Part shown: one piece after another, positions 60,630 through 64,000 of the stretch | How positions within the stretch are numbered: the first letter of the stretch is position 1 | Layout of the letters: each line of letters opens with the position of its first letter | From: Thermodesulfobacteriota bacterium | GTDB taxonomy: Bacteria; Desulfobacterota_D; UBA1144; Nemesobacterales; UBA2774 | DNA: 64,000 nt | NCBI GenBank assembly: GCA_965216785.1 | Contig: OZ244197.1 | Span: 64,001-128,000 of the forward strand | Direction: 5' to 3' | Notes under the pieces: generated by a model | Seen by the model: only the letters and a program-made list of their open reading frames with translations | Databases searched by the model: none | Told to the model about the DNA's origin: nothing | Translations under genes and position numbers: made by a program

Positions 60630-61628
60630 TTAGTACTCCACGAGCTCTACTCTTCTATTCTTTGCTCTACCTTCTTCAGTAGAATTAGATGCTACAGGGG
60701 CGAGGAAACCGAGGCCTTTCGGGGTGACTCTCGCAGGGTCTATCGCGTGCTCGCTCACCAATACTCCGACAACAGCCTCCGCCCTCTTCTGAGAGAGATC
60801 GGAGTTATAGTCCAGGCTGCCCTTGTTATCCGTATGACCCACGATAAAGAGCTTTAGGTCCGGGTTGTCATTCAGAAGTGTCGCGATCTCCTTAATTGTC
60901 GCTGCCGACTCGGGTTTTATGTCAGCCTTGTCGAAGTCAAAGAGGATGCCGTAAATCGATATACTGCCGGTCTCGAAAATCTCCTCTGCCATAGCGCTCG
61001 CATCCACAGTAACAAGCCCCTCGTCCATGGGGGCAATCTCGATGATGTCTACCTGTGTGTAGATATGGTTTTTGTCGGGGCCGCCGCCCGTGGTGTTCTT
61101 AACGGTGTAGAGAGAGACGTAAATATCCCCGTCTTCACCCGTGTGTTTTGCGGCAAGATAGCGCTGTTCATAGTAATTATCCCCAAAGCCGTTTTTGTAG
61201 TCGACCACTTTGTGGTTGAAGGGTCTGCCTCCGCACTCTTTGTTGCTGCAAGTGAAGAGGATTTCAAAACCCTCTGCTTTAAGGGCATCTTCGTAGTTCC
61301 TGAATACCTCTAATGTGGAGCGGTCTTCGGGCAGGTAGTACGAGATTTTAGTAACATTTCCTTCCAGAGTTTCACTTGCCTCCGCTTTGGAATTGCCGGG
61401 CTCTCCCGGGGCATGAACCACTTTGCCCGTAAGAAGAACATATTCGTCAAACTCCCTGAAGTCATAATCTGTGATTTCAGAGCCATCGTACCTTGAGACC
61501 TTGGGGTGGTCCTGGCTTCCCTGGACATCCGCCGAGTAGGCAAGCTTAAACGGTAGAGCCAGTACAAGAATCAGCAAAGCCAGATTGAACCTTAGAAAAA
61601 GTGATTGATCCATCGTGTTTCCCTCCAA
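60630..61628 (-). CDS. OmpA-family protein with DUF4892-like N-terminal domain
   Basis: DHPKVSRYDGS; VGHTD, LSQKRA, NRRVELV. Confidence 0.9.
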   Translation of the reverse strand: MEGNTMDQSLFLRFNLALLILVLALPFKLAYSADVQGSQDHPKVSRYDGSEITDYDFREFDEYVLLTGKVVHAPGEPGNSKAEASETLEGNVTKISYYLPEDRSTLEVFRNYEDALKAEGFEILFTCSNKECGGRPFNHKVVDYKNGFGDNYYEQRYLAAKHTGEDGDIYVSLYTVKNTTGGGPDKNHIYTQVDIIEIAPMDEGLVTVDASAMAEEIFETGSISIYGILFDFDKADIKPESAATIKEIATLLNDNPDLKLFIVGHTDNKGSLDYNSDLSQKRAEAVVGVLVSEHAIDPARVTPKGLGFLAPVASNSTEEGRAKNRRVELVEY

Positions 61629-61749
61629 CTTAAAAATGAATGGTTAATAATAAATGATATTCATCGGAATAATCAACTACTATTAATACCGGGGAGAGAA
61701 AGTGTTAAGATTGATATATTGAAGCCTGCATAGATTGGAGTAAGACAAA

Positions 61750-62550
61750 ATGGAGTTAAAGGAACTCGGCAATACTGGGGTGATGATAGCAGAGATTGGG
61801 CTAGGTACCTGGAGATATAAAGGAGGGGTCGAGCCGCTGAGAGCGGGTATTGAGCTTGGGGCTACATTGATCGATACGGCAGAGGGATACTATACGGAAG
61901 ACGTCGTGGGAGAAGCTATAAAAGGTATACGAGAAAAAGTGTTTGTCGCAACGAAAGTCTCGGGCAGACACCTGGCTCATGACGAGGTGCTCAGGTCTTG
62001 CGAGGAGAGCCTTTATCAACTGGGCACCGATTACATCGACCTGTATCAGATACACTGGCCGAACCCGAGCTATCCGATAAAGGGTACGATGGAAGCGCTC
62101 GGGAAGCTCGCAAACAGGGGACTGGTGAGATTTATCGGCGTAAGTAACTTTGACATTGATGACATCCAGGAAGCGCAGTTTTACCTGGACAACTACAAGA
62201 TTGTATCGAACCAGGTGAGATATAACTTGAGCGACAGGTCTATTGAGGACGGCCTTTTGCCATATTGCCAGGAGCAAAATATAACGGTGCTCGCGTACAC
62301 CCCGCTCGGCGACGGGAGCCTGACGAGAATGCCGACTATATCGGGGAGAGGAAGGATGAGCGTCTTAAAGGAAGTCGCAGAGGAGTGCGGTAAAACGATG
62401 GGACAGGTGGCGCTTAACTGGTGTAACTCAAGGGCAAGCGTCGTATCGATACCGAAGTCAAACAGCGTAGAGCGGACAATTGAGAACTGCGGGGCTTCTG
62501 GGTGGAGGCTCACAGAAGATCAGATTCGAAGGTTGGATGAAGCGTTTTAG
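61750..62550 (+). CDS. Aldo/keto reductase
   Basis: GLGTW, IDTAEGY, DLYQIHWP, IGVSNF and IPKS motifs. Confidence 0.93.
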   Translation: MELKELGNTGVMIAEIGLGTWRYKGGVEPLRAGIELGATLIDTAEGYYTEDVVGEAIKGIREKVFVATKVSGRHLAHDEVLRSCEESLYQLGTDYIDLYQIHWPNPSYPIKGTMEALGKLANRGLVRFIGVSNFDIDDIQEAQFYLDNYKIVSNQVRYNLSDRSIEDGLLPYCQEQNITVLAYTPLGDGSLTRMPTISGRGRMSVLKEVAEECGKTMGQVALNWCNSRASVVSIPKSNSVERTIENCGASGWRLTEDQIRRLDEAF

Positions 62551-62657
62551 CTCAAAACGCATAGAAAATGAATCTTTTGAAAGATCCGTTTAATCATAAT
62601 TTGCGTATGTATAAATAAAGCAGCGACAAAACCTAGGGGATCTCAAAAGGTTCGATA

Positions 62658-63572
62658 ATGATAAAAAGAATACATGCGCCGTTTAAGCTTGCGGTCTTAG
62701 CAACAATATCAATATTACTTATTACGCTTCTCGTAAAAAGCCCCTCAAATTCATTTACAATAATATCTTATGGAGTCGAAAAGACGGATAGCGCTGAGTT
62801 TGACCAATCTTACGCGCTGTATGATTCGCTGCTGAACAAGTACGTTTCGAAAGGCAGGGTAAATTACCAAGGATTTATTGATTCGAGAGCTGACTTTGAG
62901 GGTTTCCTCGAATCCATGGGCTCGGTTGACCCCGTTGAGTTTGACTCATGGCCTGAGCATGAAAAGCTCGCATTCTGGATAAACGCTTACAACGCTTTTA
63001 CGATTAAGGCAATAATCGACCACTATCCGATTAAAAGAAGCTTCAGCCTCGTAGGTATATTCTACGCCCCCTCGAACAGCATACTACAGATAAAAGGGGT
63101 ATGGAAAAAGCTGCAGTTCCGGGCGGTAGACAGAATGGTTACACTGGACGAGATTGAGCACGAGATACTTAGAAAAGAGTTCAACGAGCCGCGGATACAC
63201 ATGGCGATTGTGTGCGCGTCTGTATCTTGCCCAGATCTGAGCGGCAAAGCGTATACAGGTGATAAGATCGAGGAGCAATTGGCCGCTGCGGCTGTAAGAT
63301 TTGTAAATGATCCTGACAAGGGGGTCTCCATTAACGAGAAAGACGGACGGGTTAAAGTATCCAAGATATTTAAATGGTTCGGGGATGATTTTATAAAAAA
63401 TTACGGGGACGGCGTGAAAATTAAGAATGAGAGCTTGAAGAATAACGCCGTACTTAATTTTATCAGTGATTACCTTGTTTCAGAGAGTAAAAATGACTTC
63501 ATCGAGAAGGGCAACTATAAGCTCGGCTATCTGAAATACGACTGGCACTTAAATGAAATGCCCGGTACTTAA
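62658..63572 (+). CDS. DUF547 domain protein
   Basis: AFWINAYNA, EPRIHMAIVCASVSCP and YDWHLN motifs. Confidence 0.88.
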   Translation: MIKRIHAPFKLAVLATISILLITLLVKSPSNSFTIISYGVEKTDSAEFDQSYALYDSLLNKYVSKGRVNYQGFIDSRADFEGFLESMGSVDPVEFDSWPEHEKLAFWINAYNAFTIKAIIDHYPIKRSFSLVGIFYAPSNSILQIKGVWKKLQFRAVDRMVTLDEIEHEILRKEFNEPRIHMAIVCASVSCPDLSGKAYTGDKIEEQLAAAAVRFVNDPDKGVSINEKDGRVKVSKIFKWFGDDFIKNYGDGVKIKNESLKNNAVLNFISDYLVSESKNDFIEKGNYKLGYLKYDWHLNEMPGT

Positions 63573-63610
63573 CCCCCGTCCGATAATCCCATATGGCCGC
63601 TTCTCTAAGG

Positions 63611-63859
63611 CTACTCGGGCGCGTCCATGCGGCTCATTTCATCCGACGCGTAAGCCATCGCGGAAGAATAGGCGGAGACGCAGTAAGGCACCAAGAAAGT
63701 GAGTACGCATTTAAACACGAGCCTTGGAGTAATATTCATCTCCAGAAGCTGGTCGTGATGATTAATTATTATCAGAATCGGCGCTACGATTACGGCAACC
63801 CTTATTGCCCTCCAAACCGTGTCTTTTCTGAAGAAGTTTCTAATGAATGCATTCATCAT
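63611..63859 (-). CDS. NrtS-like small membrane protein
   Basis: RAI.VA.IV..IL..INH...LTFLVPYCVS. Confidence 0.7.
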   Translation of the reverse strand: MMNAFIRNFFRKDTVWRAIRVAVIVAPILIIINHHDQLLEMNITPRLVFKCVLTFLVPYCVSAYSSAMAYASDEMSRMDAPE

Positions 63860-64000
63860 ATACGTACCTAAATTATATGATTACCACCCACAAATAAAGA
63901 TGCATGGGATTCTGCCTCAGGTAATCTAATATATTCAGATGACCGAAACCCGCTTGGGTTTCCGTTTATAAGATAAACTGAATTACAATCAACTTGATAT

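Noticed and set aside
1-64000. CRISPR array
   Set aside because: No regularly spaced identical repeats with unique spacers and no cas genes; the repeats seen are att sites or coding repeats.

Overview
Bacterial chromosomal window. The host DNA is moderately GC-rich and resembles Deltaproteobacteria/Dadabacteria, though the taxon is only inferred. The left flank (1-13.1 kb) is housekeeping: korAB, sucAB, a glycosyltransferase, recG, a sigma54-driven sigma70 gene and a Na/Pi symporter. The centre (13,160-52,017) is an array of three AT-rich integrative elements, each with its own tyrosine integrase and arm-type repeats, all targeting one tRNA-Pro(CGG) gene on the minus strand. Element A (~20 kb) has a phage-satellite-like core (xis, HTH replication protein, cos-like site, two P27-type TerS, HEPN protein). 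Its cargo looks like a self-contained sigma54 signalling circuit: a STAND adenylyl cyclase, a GAF-bEBP, an unusual bEBP-STAND fusion, five -24/-12 promoters with a shared tandem enhancer, a PhcB-like methyltransferase and redox enzymes. Element B (~12.5 kb) is satellite-like (DnaB_N/AAA_25 helicase, TPR paralogs, ApeA-like HEPN, SLOG). Element C (~6.2 kb) is a minimal pipolin-like element that duplicates the 5' half of the tRNA instead of the 3' half. It encodes a piPolB-like polymerase with degenerate fidelity motifs and a fused HTH, plus a knottin-like peptide. The right flank holds a secreted-protein operon, TetR, OmpA, an aldo/keto reductase, DUF547 and NrtS-like genes. All family calls are from motif recognition by eye; no database searches were run.
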